From Setoptus koraiensis (taxonomy: Eukaryota > Animalia > Arthropoda): 64,000 nucleotides of DNA. Under the pieces are notes generated by a model. The model was not told where the DNA came from, made no database searches, and worked only from the letters and a program-made list of their open reading frames with translations. The DNA lies in contig CM106586.1 in the NCBI GenBank assembly GCA_048013815.1, forward strand, positions 12,028,001 to 12,092,000, read 5' to 3'. Below, one piece after another: positions 45,095 through 56,300 of the stretch. The translations under genes and the position numbers were made by a program. The first letter of the stretch is position 1, and each line of letters starts with the position of its first letter.

Positions 45095-45896
45095 AATAAT
45101 TAACTGTCTGCCATAATTAACTGGGATAATAATAAACAACAAGGAAGAGTCGTGACGACAACATTTGCGCCAATCATTGTGTGCCGGCATTTGCATCAAT
45201 GCACTTGTTAATACTCGTACCTGCTGCATATAATATACGCATAATATACGCAGTGTATGCTGGCTACTGGCCTGCCGGGCTCGAGCGGGTGTCGGTCAGT
45301 GGGACAGTTACACACGGGCTGCACAGAGTTACATAACACGGTTGTGGTTGCGGTGGCGGGCGCCGCCACCGCAGCCAATGCCAAATGCACACAAACAATC
45401 GGTGCAGCAGCAATTGGTTCAGCAATCAAATTGATGCAATCAATGCCAATTCAATGGCATCCCATGCCCATTATGTAATGACCGGCATTGCATAATACGC
45501 ATGCATCATTCACAGGTGAATTGTCAGCGCAGTGCAGCTGTGTACCGAGTGGCCTTGTTAGTCATATGTATGTGTATGTCAGTATGTAATGTATAACGGC
45601 TTTATACGACTAACGGGGCACAGGTTGCATGACAAGGCACAAGATTCATATAAGGCATCATGGCGTATGATTCGCAGGCATGATTCGTAGGCATGATTCG
45701 TAGGCATGTCAAGCTGTGGTCAGCCAGTTGCGACACTCAAGCGGCACATCAACTGGAGATCAACTTGAGTGAGTTGGCGGTGACAATTTGTGGCGCTCTC
45801 GCTGACAAATTGTCACTGTCACTGTCGTATTGTTGTCGCTCATACGGCCAATTACAGCAACAGCGAGCGAGCAACAGCGGCGGCCATTGTTGGCCA

Positions 45897-45951
45897 GTCG
45901 TAACACAGTCGTAACACGGTCGTAATGCGGTCGTAATGCGGTCGTAATGCG
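45897..45951 (+). repeat. 11-bp minisatellite (GTCGTAAYRCR)x5
   Basis: gtcgtaacaca gtcgtaacacg (gtcgtaatgcg)x3. Confidence 0.85.
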
Positions 45952-46500
45952 GTTGCGGTGCAATTGTGATGCGGTTGTTGAGCAGTTGTCACACGGTTTT
46001 GAGTGACTGTTGGTGGGTCGGCCGAGCCAACTGTCAACGCGATCATGGGCACTCTCTCTCTCGCTCTCTCCGTGTGCGATATGTCACCGAATGCGAAAAG
46101 TCTGTGTCGAATCGATCGACAGAGGGCAAAAATCAAGAGCGGCGATGAAAAAAGATGAACAACGACGAGCGGCATCTGGTGCCAGTTAGACAGTGAGACA
46201 GCGGGTCGGACACGGTGCACAAGAGCGGCTAAAAGCGGATGAGGGTGGGCGCTGTTGAAATGTAAATGTGATGATGACAGGTTAAAACAATTTAAAACGG
46301 TCTAAAAAGTCGGTCAGTTTTGTCGGGTACGTCTGGCCATGATTCGCCGCCTGCCATGAATGATTGCGTCTGGATATTTGGCGATGCGGGTGGCTGGCGG
46401 GCTGGCGAGCGGTCGGTGCGGCTGGTGGGCGGTCAGTCGGTGCGGCTGGCGGGCGGTCAGTCGGTGCGGCTGGCTGGCTGGCTGGCGGGCGGGCGAGCGG

Positions 46501-46836
46501 TCAGTCGCGCTCGCTCAGCGCATAAGACTCCATGTGACTCTTGTAAAATTGTTGTATCCTCGTGTCCGGCCAGGCGAGTTTCATTATGAACAAACCGAGC
46601 CGGTATAACAGCATGGCGCCAGCGCAGGCGCAAACCAAAAACGGGCCACTCTGCCACCAGGTGAGCTTCTCGAACAACGGATAGGGCCAAATGGTGAGGT
46701 AATTGCCCAAGAACAGCAGCCAGCTTAGGTAGGCCGTTATGAATATCGCTATGGTGATTAGGTGCGTTCGCACGGACAGCACCCGGTGGTGGCAGCACAC
46801 GATCTCGGCCAGAATGATGGGCGCGATGACGGTGTG
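46501..46836 (-). CDS. AIG1/ADTRP (FAR-17a) family multipass protein, exon 2
   Basis: Acceptor GAAAAG at 46838-46837, phase 0. HTVIAPIILAEI...AYLSWLLF...WPYPLFEKL...*. Splicing creates QHLQHT, matching the family HxxHT motif. Confidence 0.88.
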   Translation of the reverse strand, partial: HTVIAPIILAEIVCCHHRVLSVRTHLITIAIFITAYLSWLLFLGNYLTIWPYPLFEKLTWWQSGPFLVCACAGAMLLYRLGLFIMKLAWPDTRIQQFYKSHMESYALSERD

Positions 46837-47010
46837 CTTTTCGGCGTTGCGCGTCGTTTACGAGTTTATGAGATTACATGATGATACGATATTATGTGAT
46901 ATTGCGTTGGTCAGTTATTATGTCATTTATTGTGTCATTGTTGCGCCAATGTTATGAAGCGATATTAGTCAATATTACATCACGTGATTATTGCGCTGTT
47001 AGCGACTCAC

Positions 47011-47862
47011 CTGTAGGTGCTGCACGTACATGGGCGTGGCGCGGCGCAGCTCGGGCGACGCGATCGCGTCCACGTCGATCAGGTATATGGACCAGAACAT
47101 AATGGTGACGAAGGTGCCTATTGGGTAGGCGAGGGCAGTGATGATGTTGTCGCGCAAGTCGAACAGTTTACCCGTGAGCCGGCGCGGGCCGGCGGGCTCG
47201 TCGGCGAGCTTCGTGGACGAGGACGAGGCCGCTGCGGTTTGGTCCAGTTGAATGGAATTGCGGCTCAGCGAGCGCGTTTTCACCGACTGGCTCGATTGGG
47301 CCGCCGACGACGCCGAAACGAAATTTGACTGTTGATCGGCGGCGGCGGCGTCGCAAGATCGCGAATAGTTTTGGGCCAAACAATCGCACGCCAGACACAG
47401 GCAAAATGTGAGCCATTGTATCCAAATGTCCCAATAGGTGAGGAATTTCCACGGGCCGGGAAATTCGGCCAGCCGGTCGGATTTGTATCTGAGGTATATG
47501 TCGCGCACTATGAGAAAGGTGTAAATACAAACGGCTGTCATATGCAACAAAATGCCACTTGTTCGCCACACGAGCCATATCAGGTGTTTGGGTGCCATTG
47601 CGGTGTTGCGGCCAAAGCGGTGTGTTTGGGCTGTCGATGTTGACGTTTGTGATGTCGATGTTGGTGATGTCAATGTTTGTGATGTTTGTGTTGTTGCGGT
47701 TGTTGGGGCATTTGTTGTTGTCGTTTGTTTGTGTCGCCTCTGTGTCCGTTGCTGCTGCTGCTGGCTCGACGCCGGCCGCCTGTTGACAATGTTGACAGTG
47801 TCGCTCGTCACAACAGTGTCGCTGGTGCTGGCGTGCGTTTTTCGGCCTAGCGAGACAGGCAT
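47011..47862 (-). CDS. AIG1/ADTRP family protein, exon 1 (up to 395 aa total; start codon uncertain)
   Basis: FPGPWKFLTYWDIWIQ (conserved Thr) and LAYPIGTFVTIMFWSIYLID. Donor CAG|GTGAGT at 47011/47010; 174-nt intron. The start could instead be the downstream MAPKH. Confidence 0.85.
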
Positions 47863-49166
47863 TCAGTTGGTGTTCAGCTCGTCGCTCTCCTTGGGCGCCC
47901 TTTGTGACACGGCGAGATAAATAGCGAGGATAATTGATACACTTGTCGCAATTGTTGTCGCTATCAGCATGCGATTATTACTGCTGTGCTGTGCTGCTAT
48001 CACAATGTTGCCTGCTGGCTCGAGTGGCGGCGTGCTGCGGGCTCGTTGTGGCGCGGCTTTTTGCGCGACCGGCCGCAACCGGCTGCAACGGCAACCACGC
48101 TCGCTCCGACCGCCAGCCGTCTAGCCGGCGGAGTCTCGCCGGCAGAGTCTGGCCGCCAGTGCGAGCGCCAGAGCCGCGCAGACACTCGGCAAATCGCAAA
48201 CAGACTGTAATTGTGAGGCGCTGATAAAAGTGCTGATAATATAAATACAAATACAAACATCGAGTGTGCTCATTATTTGCCTACCCGTGATACACAGTCG
48301 GCACTGGAGCGTCTGCATTGCAGACCCACCAGACTGTAGCACGCCGGCGTCGATGCATATCGCGCCGCCTATCAATGCGATCGACATTTGAACAACAATC
48401 GTCGTCATATGATCGACTCTTGGCAAGACTCCGGCTTGCCAACAGCGGCTTGCCACAGGCGGCTGTGCCAACGGCGCACGACAATCATGCCAAAACGATT
48501 AAAATCAATAGGCGGGCTGCGCAGCTATCGCACGTCATGAATGGATGCTCAGATGCATATCTAGCGATTTGTTGTCCCAAGCAGCGAGCATCAATACCAT
48601 TCAATCAATTCAGCGATTCAGTGGCGCCGCCACTCAAACTCATGCGCGGCACCGCGCATGAGTTTGCCTGCACCGCGCGCACGCCAGCGAAACATGATAC
48701 TAGCTTGCCAGCCGCCGGCCGGCGCGCTGCCTCGCCGGACCGTCGGGCCGTCGGGTCGTCGGGCCGCCGGGCCGCCGATCGGTCGCATTATCCGGCGTCG
48801 GGCGGGCCCCACGTTGGCGTGTGCGCCTCGTTGGCGTGTGCGCCTCGTCGCGAGCGGGCTGGCGAGGCGCAGGGCCGGCGGCCTGTTTGCCCTGGTGGCG
48901 GCGTCAGCGCGGCCGGACTTGCGACCGGCGCAGCGCCAACCGCAAACCGTCCGTGGCTGGGCCAGCGGCGTCGGGCCAGCGGCACTGGCACGGGCACGAC
49001 GGGGGCGACATGGGCGCACAATCAAACGGCCAAACATCTTGGGCCCGCCGACACAGCCGACATAGTCGACAGTCTAGACCCGCCGACACACAGCTGACAC
49101 GACGGTCGCTCATGAATAACCGGCCCGATATGCAGCGCGACGCGCGGGCAACACGCAGCGCCGTAC

Positions 49167-49222
49167 TCACAGCGCCAGACTAACGGCGCCATATTCACAG
49201 CGCCAGACTCACGGCGCCATAT
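49167..49222 (+). repeat. 28-bp tandem duplication
   Basis: tcacagcgccagact(a/c)acggcgccatat x2. Confidence 0.8.
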
Positions 49223-50565
49223 TCACAGGCGACGGAGTCGACGGTGACATAAGCACACAATGATAAATACACGCGCGTAATAAATGTACGCGCGCATGTT
49301 ATGTAATGTTATGTAACAGCGACAACTATGGCCACTGTGTCACAGTGACTGTGTGACAAGTGTGGCGCTAGATAAGCTGCTGCAATAACGCGCGCCAGAG
49401 AGATTGCCCGACCCAACGAACGGCTCTCTCCAAACTTGATGGCCACCAAGTGACAACAATGACTCGTGCTGTGTGCCCAACAAACAGGTGATACCGACAC
49501 ACAATGACAAACTGGGTCACTTGCCACTGTTACGCCTGCACTGCCTACATAATAAGTACAGCTGTACCCATGATATCAGCCCATTGTGCTGGCACCCTGA
49601 TCAGCTGACTGATCGGCCCACTGTGCCTTGCATTGCTGTGATTTGCAGCTCGTTACATAACTCATTACCATTGTCGCTGTTGTTGTTGTTGTTGTTGTTG
49701 TTGCTCACTCACTCACTTACCGTGAGTGAGTGGTAATAATAACGTGAGTGACTTACGTTATTATGTGCAGTACTGTGCAACGTTACGTAACGCGTCAGCA
49801 CGCGCCAACTGTGAGCCACTTCGATACAATCAATTATCGCTAATAACGAGACGCGACACTTTCGAGAGTCAGAGTTGTTAACCTTTAATTATACTCTCAT
49901 TATGCTCGCAGCTCGCAACTCGCAACTCATTGCGCATTACTAAATAAACTGTGAGCAACAACAGCTCACAGTTGGCAGTTGGCAGTGGCGAGCTTGGCGC
50001 GCGACATTGGCACGCATTTCATTCGCATGATCATTGCGCGGCTGGCCAGGTGATTTTTAATTGCAAACGGCACACTTGTACGAGGCTCACTTGTCGCCCA
50101 TACGCCCACTCACCTGTTAATGACACGATGACAGCACTCACGACGCTTAGCAGCACTCGATACGCTCACACTTGTCAGTGTCCGGGCGTCCAGTCCACTC
50201 TTGGCCCGATCGAAAGGGCGCACCATTTGTCGCTGTGTGTCTCGCTTGTTGTCGCTTTGGCTCGATGCGAGCACTGTGGACAAAAAATCTCGCCACAACT
50301 CGCACTCAGGGCCCCCAGCCGCGTCTCGCCGCTGATTGCATGCCGTGATGCCGTTGATTGTGGGGCCCGTCGAAAGCGACCCGCGACACAACAAGTCACG
50401 AAGCGTGATCCGTGTCGCTGGTGTCGTGCAACCATGCTCTGGCTCGTGTCTCGATCGCTGGCTGGCCAGTTGCACGGGCTTCGAATCAATTCAATTCGGC
50501 GTCGCTAATGGTCGCTCGTTTGTTTAGATGCGTGTGTGTGTTGTTTGTCGTTGTTAATCGCTCTA

Positions 50566-50640
50566 ATCAACTGTAACCGCTTTACATCGACTGTAACCGC
50601 TTGACATCGACTGTGACCGCCGTATATCAACTGTAAACTG
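50566..50640 (+). repeat. 20-bp minisatellite, about 3.7 units
   Basis: atc(a/g)actgt(a/g)accgc cores at 50566, 50586 and 50606, and a partial unit at 50626. Confidence 0.75.
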
Positions 50641-53392
50641 TAAACAGATTGAGACGCCATTCGCATTCATCGATGCATTGCTGATGGATGCACTTGTGTC
50701 TGGCTTCTCGTGATGGATTGGCGCCCGCTTGAAAAGAAATTGATTGAACGCGCACACCACTGAATGGGCCGCATCCGATAGCGGCACACCGTTCGCGAGG
50801 CCCATTTATTACAGTTATTGCGGGCCCCGTTGGCTCGAGTTCATTGAGCAATTGCAATTCCATTTGCATGCAACACCAGCACAATATGCCAATATTTGCT
50901 AATATTTTTGTTCCACTAGCACGAGCTACGTTTACGTGGGCAAAATTAAGTGGCAGCACGTAGAAGCCGCAAGTGCCCTATGCGTGGTGTTACGTTACGC
51001 ATCGCCAGCGAGCGGAAGCTTAGTTAGACGTCTGAATTGTTTAGGAGAGTTCGCAGGAGAAGCCATTAGCCTTGTGCGCAACAACAGTTGGCGGCCATTG
51101 GCTGCTAACAACTAAACAGCTAGCCCAGCCAAACAACTGAATGGATAGATATGAGCCGCACTGAAGTAGCACGGCGCTACTTGGGACCCGATGTAAAAAG
51201 GCGCCACGTTCTGATAGAACTCGCCTCCCTGTAGCCTTCTAAATGGTTCATCTATCATTTGAAAGGCGACATTTTGACAGCGACACGCTGAATATTGTGC
51301 GCGACCAACGTGTGCCCCCGCTTGTGGGCCCCACCGACGGCAGCCGAACAAAGCAAAACAAAGAGAGATAGAGAGAATGACAAAAAACTGCCTTTGTTTG
51401 ACAGTGCTGCCTTTATGTGCCCCAACCAACAACAACGACAACAACAAGCCCACAATGGGCCAAACCGGCCCCCAGTTTGGCCTAGTTGCGACACGGCCAG
51501 CGAGTGTGCGGCCCAGCGAGTTGGTGGCCGGCCGAGCCAACTTGACTGGCCCCCATCCCTTTGACCCGTTCCGCTGCGATCCGCTCACAAAGGCTCGCCC
51601 GTGAAGTTCGTGCGTGCGTTCGAAATCTCATTTGAATTAAAGGGGGAATCGGTGTAAAGGGTGCGCACTTGCAGTTGCTGCTTGATGCCAGTCTTGCCAG
51701 GAGGCGGCAGCGGCGTTGAGAGATAGAAAATAAATGAGATATAAATTGGCGCTTCTTTCGCCGGTGCGCCGCCTGTTTGCATTGGCCCCTTTGTGCCAAT
51801 TTGTGCCATCGCCGAAGCTGGCGGGCCCCATCGCGGGCCCGCTTGACTGGCTCGCTCTGCACTTGCAAGTTGGGCCGCACAAGTTGGGCCGCACAAGTTG
51901 TGCGCGCGTGCCCGCGTGTGTGTGTGTGTGTTTTGGTGCAGGCATCGGACGGGCCAGTCGGTGCGTGCAATGGGCGGTTGTTGTGGCTCGCCATTACCGC
52001 AGAGGCGCGCAGCCATAGCGGCGGCAGCAGCGGACTGACTTGTGAGTGTATGCGATGACAGAACAGAATAGAACAGAACAGAACGGAACGGAATAGAATA
52101 GAATGTCTTGGTGCAAGCACACTCATGCTCTATTTGACTAGGGTGCTTGCTTGTGTGTGTGCGCGCTCCAGATAACAGCGGACATCGGATTCGATTCTGG
52201 TGCCCCGCTCCATTCGATATTCATTTCCCCCGCCCCCCGTTATCGTCGACTGTCTACGTGTGCGTCTCGTTGCGATGCGAGCGAGCGAGTGAGTGTGTGC
52301 GTGCGTGTGTGTGTGTTTTGGTGCTACGTGCGTTTAGGCCTGCGTCGTCCTTCGCGCACACAACTCGCATTTTGTTCTCTCTATCATGGTCGGATGGTGA
52401 GACACACAGACACACGCACTAATATAGGCAGCATTATATGCGTTGTTGTTGTTACATTATTATTATTCGCTACTTGTGCGCGCGGCCCCCCTTCGGCCCC
52501 GCTGCCCGCGCTGAGGCTCGACCGCAGCGACTCGACTCGACGTGCACCCAGACGCAGCCGAATGCTGCTGCTGCAGCGCGCAGTGTGCGCGGTGCAGTGC
52601 ACAATTGGTGCGTGCTATTGGCGTCGAACAAACTGGCTGAGACCCGATCAGGTTGGTGTGCGTAACAAGCCGAGAGGCCCGACCGCGCTACCACAGCCAG
52701 CCCAGCGAATTGTTCGGCGTGTTATTTATCGGCGCTCTTCATTATTATTATCGAATCCACAAATCATGCTCCATTTATCCGTATAAATTGATGAATTTAT
52801 TTTGCATGCGACCAGCATTGTGTCACAATAGTTTTAAATCATAATCATATTTATTTATTTATTTTTACACGCACACACACAAACACACAAATTGTGTGAC
52901 ACAATCGCAATCATATGAGACGGTCACACTAAACATGGACACTGGCACGTAACCGTGTAACCATTTCAATATCAATTTGAGCCGTACTAGCATTTTATTA
53001 TTATTACCCCCAATATTATCATCGTTATTATGCTTTTGGTTAGATAAATTTTGATAGACACAGCATCGCGGAAACAATGATCTCGCCAAGAAGCGCACAC
53101 CTACCAGCTTTGGCCCTGTCTCATAACTAACAGAGAGCAGTGTGTAACTAGAGCAAAGAACCGGTACTATTCATTTAACAAGCCCACCAGCAACGTGAAC
53201 ACTCACATTTATTATACACACGCCAAATCAAGTCATTCACTCGATAGTCTCCTAGCTAGTCATAAAAATATAAATTTATTATCGTCATCATCATCATCAT
53301 TATTATTATTATTATTACTACTATTATTATTAATTTATCAAGATTTATTTAGATTTACAACGGTCATTAAATCGCGCACACTATTATAAATC

Positions 53393-56300
53393 ATGAGTGT
53401 CTCGTCAGGAAGTCAGCTAGGCACTCCTGTTAAGCAATCCAAACAGGGGGTTACATCCACCAAGTCGCTGCCACCGCTGGCCTCTGATTGCAAAAAATTA
53501 TTATTGGAACAACATCAACGTTTATGGTTGAAGCATCAACAGGATCTAGATCTTATTGATGACATCAAAAGTTATGTTAAATCACGTTTAAACATTGAAC
53601 GTGACTACTGTTCGGCGTTGCAAAAATTAGCTAAACAACATTCGGTTATTGTAGCTAAAAAATTTACAAATATTGACGCCGATAACAACAATGCCACAAT
53701 AAATCAACCAACAAACATAACTGGTGACAACACCAACAACAGCAATAGCGCCAATAATAGAGTAGATGCCAATAACAATAATAGGAATAACCTTGTTAAT
53801 AGTTGTAATTCTAATCAAAGTTCATCAAACTGTACAAACAATACCAATAGCAATAGGAAACAACAACTAATCAATACTACTACCAATGTTAACAACAACA
53901 ATATTAGTGATAGCGAAGCCGCAGATGATAGGCTTCAAAAGAGACTCGCAACTAATGGGGTTCTAGAACCAGAGCCATGCACCTTGTATAAGGTCTGGTG
54001 TGAGCACATCAATAGGCTCATGTCGACATCAAAATATAAATCTGAACAATTTGAATCTCTGCTAATAGTAGTTGAACGCCTGAAAGATATCAGGCAACAC
54101 AAGTCGGCTATTGGCAAAAAATGTCTAGATAATTACCTTAAACGAATCCATGAAGATCTAGTCACGGGATTGGCAGAGATTGAAAAATCTCGCAAATTAT
54201 ATTACGAAGATGAAAGTCAAGCAAAGAAGGCCAGAGAAAATGAAGAACGAATCAAAAAGAAAAAAAGTGGACTACTTACTAAATTCACAGATTTACAACT
54301 GAAAAAAGAGAAGACAATGGCTCAGAGAGAAGCTAATGATATACAATCAACACAAGCCAGAAATGATTATATAATGGCCCTTGCTGCTGGCAATGCTCAC
54401 CTGGAGCACTACTATCAACAAGATTTGCCGGACATCATGCAAACAATCGACGATGGCGTACTAGACCAATGCAAATATTTCATGGCCACCTTAAGTGAAT
54501 GCGACATAAATTCCCTTAAAGACGCGTTGACGGGTGCTCAGTATTGGTCCAAGATGATCAGTTTAAGTGGCTCCCATGTAACTAATAATATATTCTTAAA
54601 AAGTAAACAATCAGCTTGTCTTCAAGAGAACCCGAGAATACCATACGAACCTTGTAACAATGATCCCATTTGCAATATATCGTTGGAGCACAATGCTGAT
54701 TACGCACTCCAACATGAAATAGATAAATGGTTTACGTGGTTTAAAAAGGAGTGCCGCAATCTATCCCACCTAATTCATCATCTTGAAACTTGCCAAAGAG
54801 CAGTGGCTGAGGGAAAACGAAGTATAGAAATCAACGGTCAAACCACAGACGATTTAGAATCCAAAATAATTGACCTCAAACAACAGATCAGAAAAAGTGA
54901 GGCAGCCAAATTGAAAGCCCAAGCCAGATTAAAGGTTATCAAAGAGGGTGGTATGCAAATAGACGAATGGAGTACAGTAGAATTAGAAATTAAAGCTGAC
55001 ATGGCAAGAATACAAGAGTCTATTAATTCAAGGCGACGTGGTAGTGCTAGTGCCTTGGAGAATGAACAAGATTCTGGTCATGAGTTCAAGCAATCTAAGA
55101 CAAGCGCGAATCAAAAGAGAACAAAATTCAGCAATCAGACCACGGACTATACACATGACGAGAGCGCATCGCATGGTCGATTGAGCTCATCCAGAGGTGA
55201 TTCTGAAGATCATCATTCCAAAGAGGAGGCCCAAAAGAATCAGATTCTCCAAACTTCCACAAGTAGGCCTCATACCAGCATTGTAACTCAGCAATCTCAA
55301 CTATCAACCAGTAAAACAGATTATGCTGCTCTTGCTGACTCCGACCTAGCTTGGTCAGATTCATATGATGCGGCCTGGCAAACCCAGAAGCATAGTGATG
55401 GTGGCATGCACGATGACGAAAGCTCTGATAGGAATCATACGCGAGATGGAGATGTGGCTAATAATAAATATCAATTTTTAGGCACTGCAGCAGCAAACCA
55501 GCATTATCCCAACCAAAGCAACTCAATGACTGTTCAATCATCTAGTCCTCTATCTGCCATAGTTGACGGTGTCCAAACTTCAGCCAGTCCTTATCAGCAA
55601 TCGATTGACGCTTACAAAAGTGATTACGAATGCGACTATAATAGAAGTGGTAATGGTCCTCATGCTGATCAGAACAGCAGTACCTCCGGAAGTGCCGAGC
55701 CCTATCAACACCAGCAGCGTCTTCAGAATACGGATTGGGGCGTATCTGGTCACAACGAGGTAGATGTTGATGACTATGGCGAGTCGCAACACGAAGGTGA
55801 TGTCACACCAACACCAGTTGACGCGGCACAACTACTGGGCAAGCACGTCATAACCCTCTACCCGTTTGAGAAAGCCACTAATGGCGATCTGAAGTTTGAT
55901 GAAAATGAACTGCTAGTTGTCTTAGAAATCAATGATGCTAACTGGGTCAAAGCTCGTAACTTACGCACAGGCGAAGAAGGGTTTGTTCCGGTATCGTATG
56001 TTCAAATCCAGGAAACTCAATCCAAGGTTTCAGATTCTCTTGCAATGACCTCTACCTCAAGCAATGATAGTGGCACACTTCAAAGAAGTGTCCATAATAA
56101 ATTGACATATGATGGTTCTGACGCCAGCGCTTGGGATACCCAGGATCTTCAGCAACAATCAAACGTATTTGATGACGGTATTCTCTATGGTCGTGCGTTA
56201 TATGACTACACGCCAGAAGATGAGGCCCAAGAAGAAGATGGTTTACCTCATCTTAGTTTGGAGCAGGGTGATCTATTGAAAATAATTGATCAATCCTCAG

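Larger units (their letters stand above)
41442..49791. promoter_or_regulatory. Dispersed RTTAYGTAAY D-box sites, right non-coding domain (10 sites)
   Basis: 10-mers start at 41442, 42833, 44427, 44459, 45328, 45470, 49298, 49308, 49652 and 49782. Confidence 0.5.

Noticed and set aside
40364-53389. Dozens of 60-260 aa ORFs in the track (poly-C, poly-L, poly-V, Arg/Ala-rich)
   Set aside because: They are translations of CAA/TTG, CA/TG and GC-rich simple repeats, overlap in all frames and show no recognisable domain. Only AIG1 is supported in this span.
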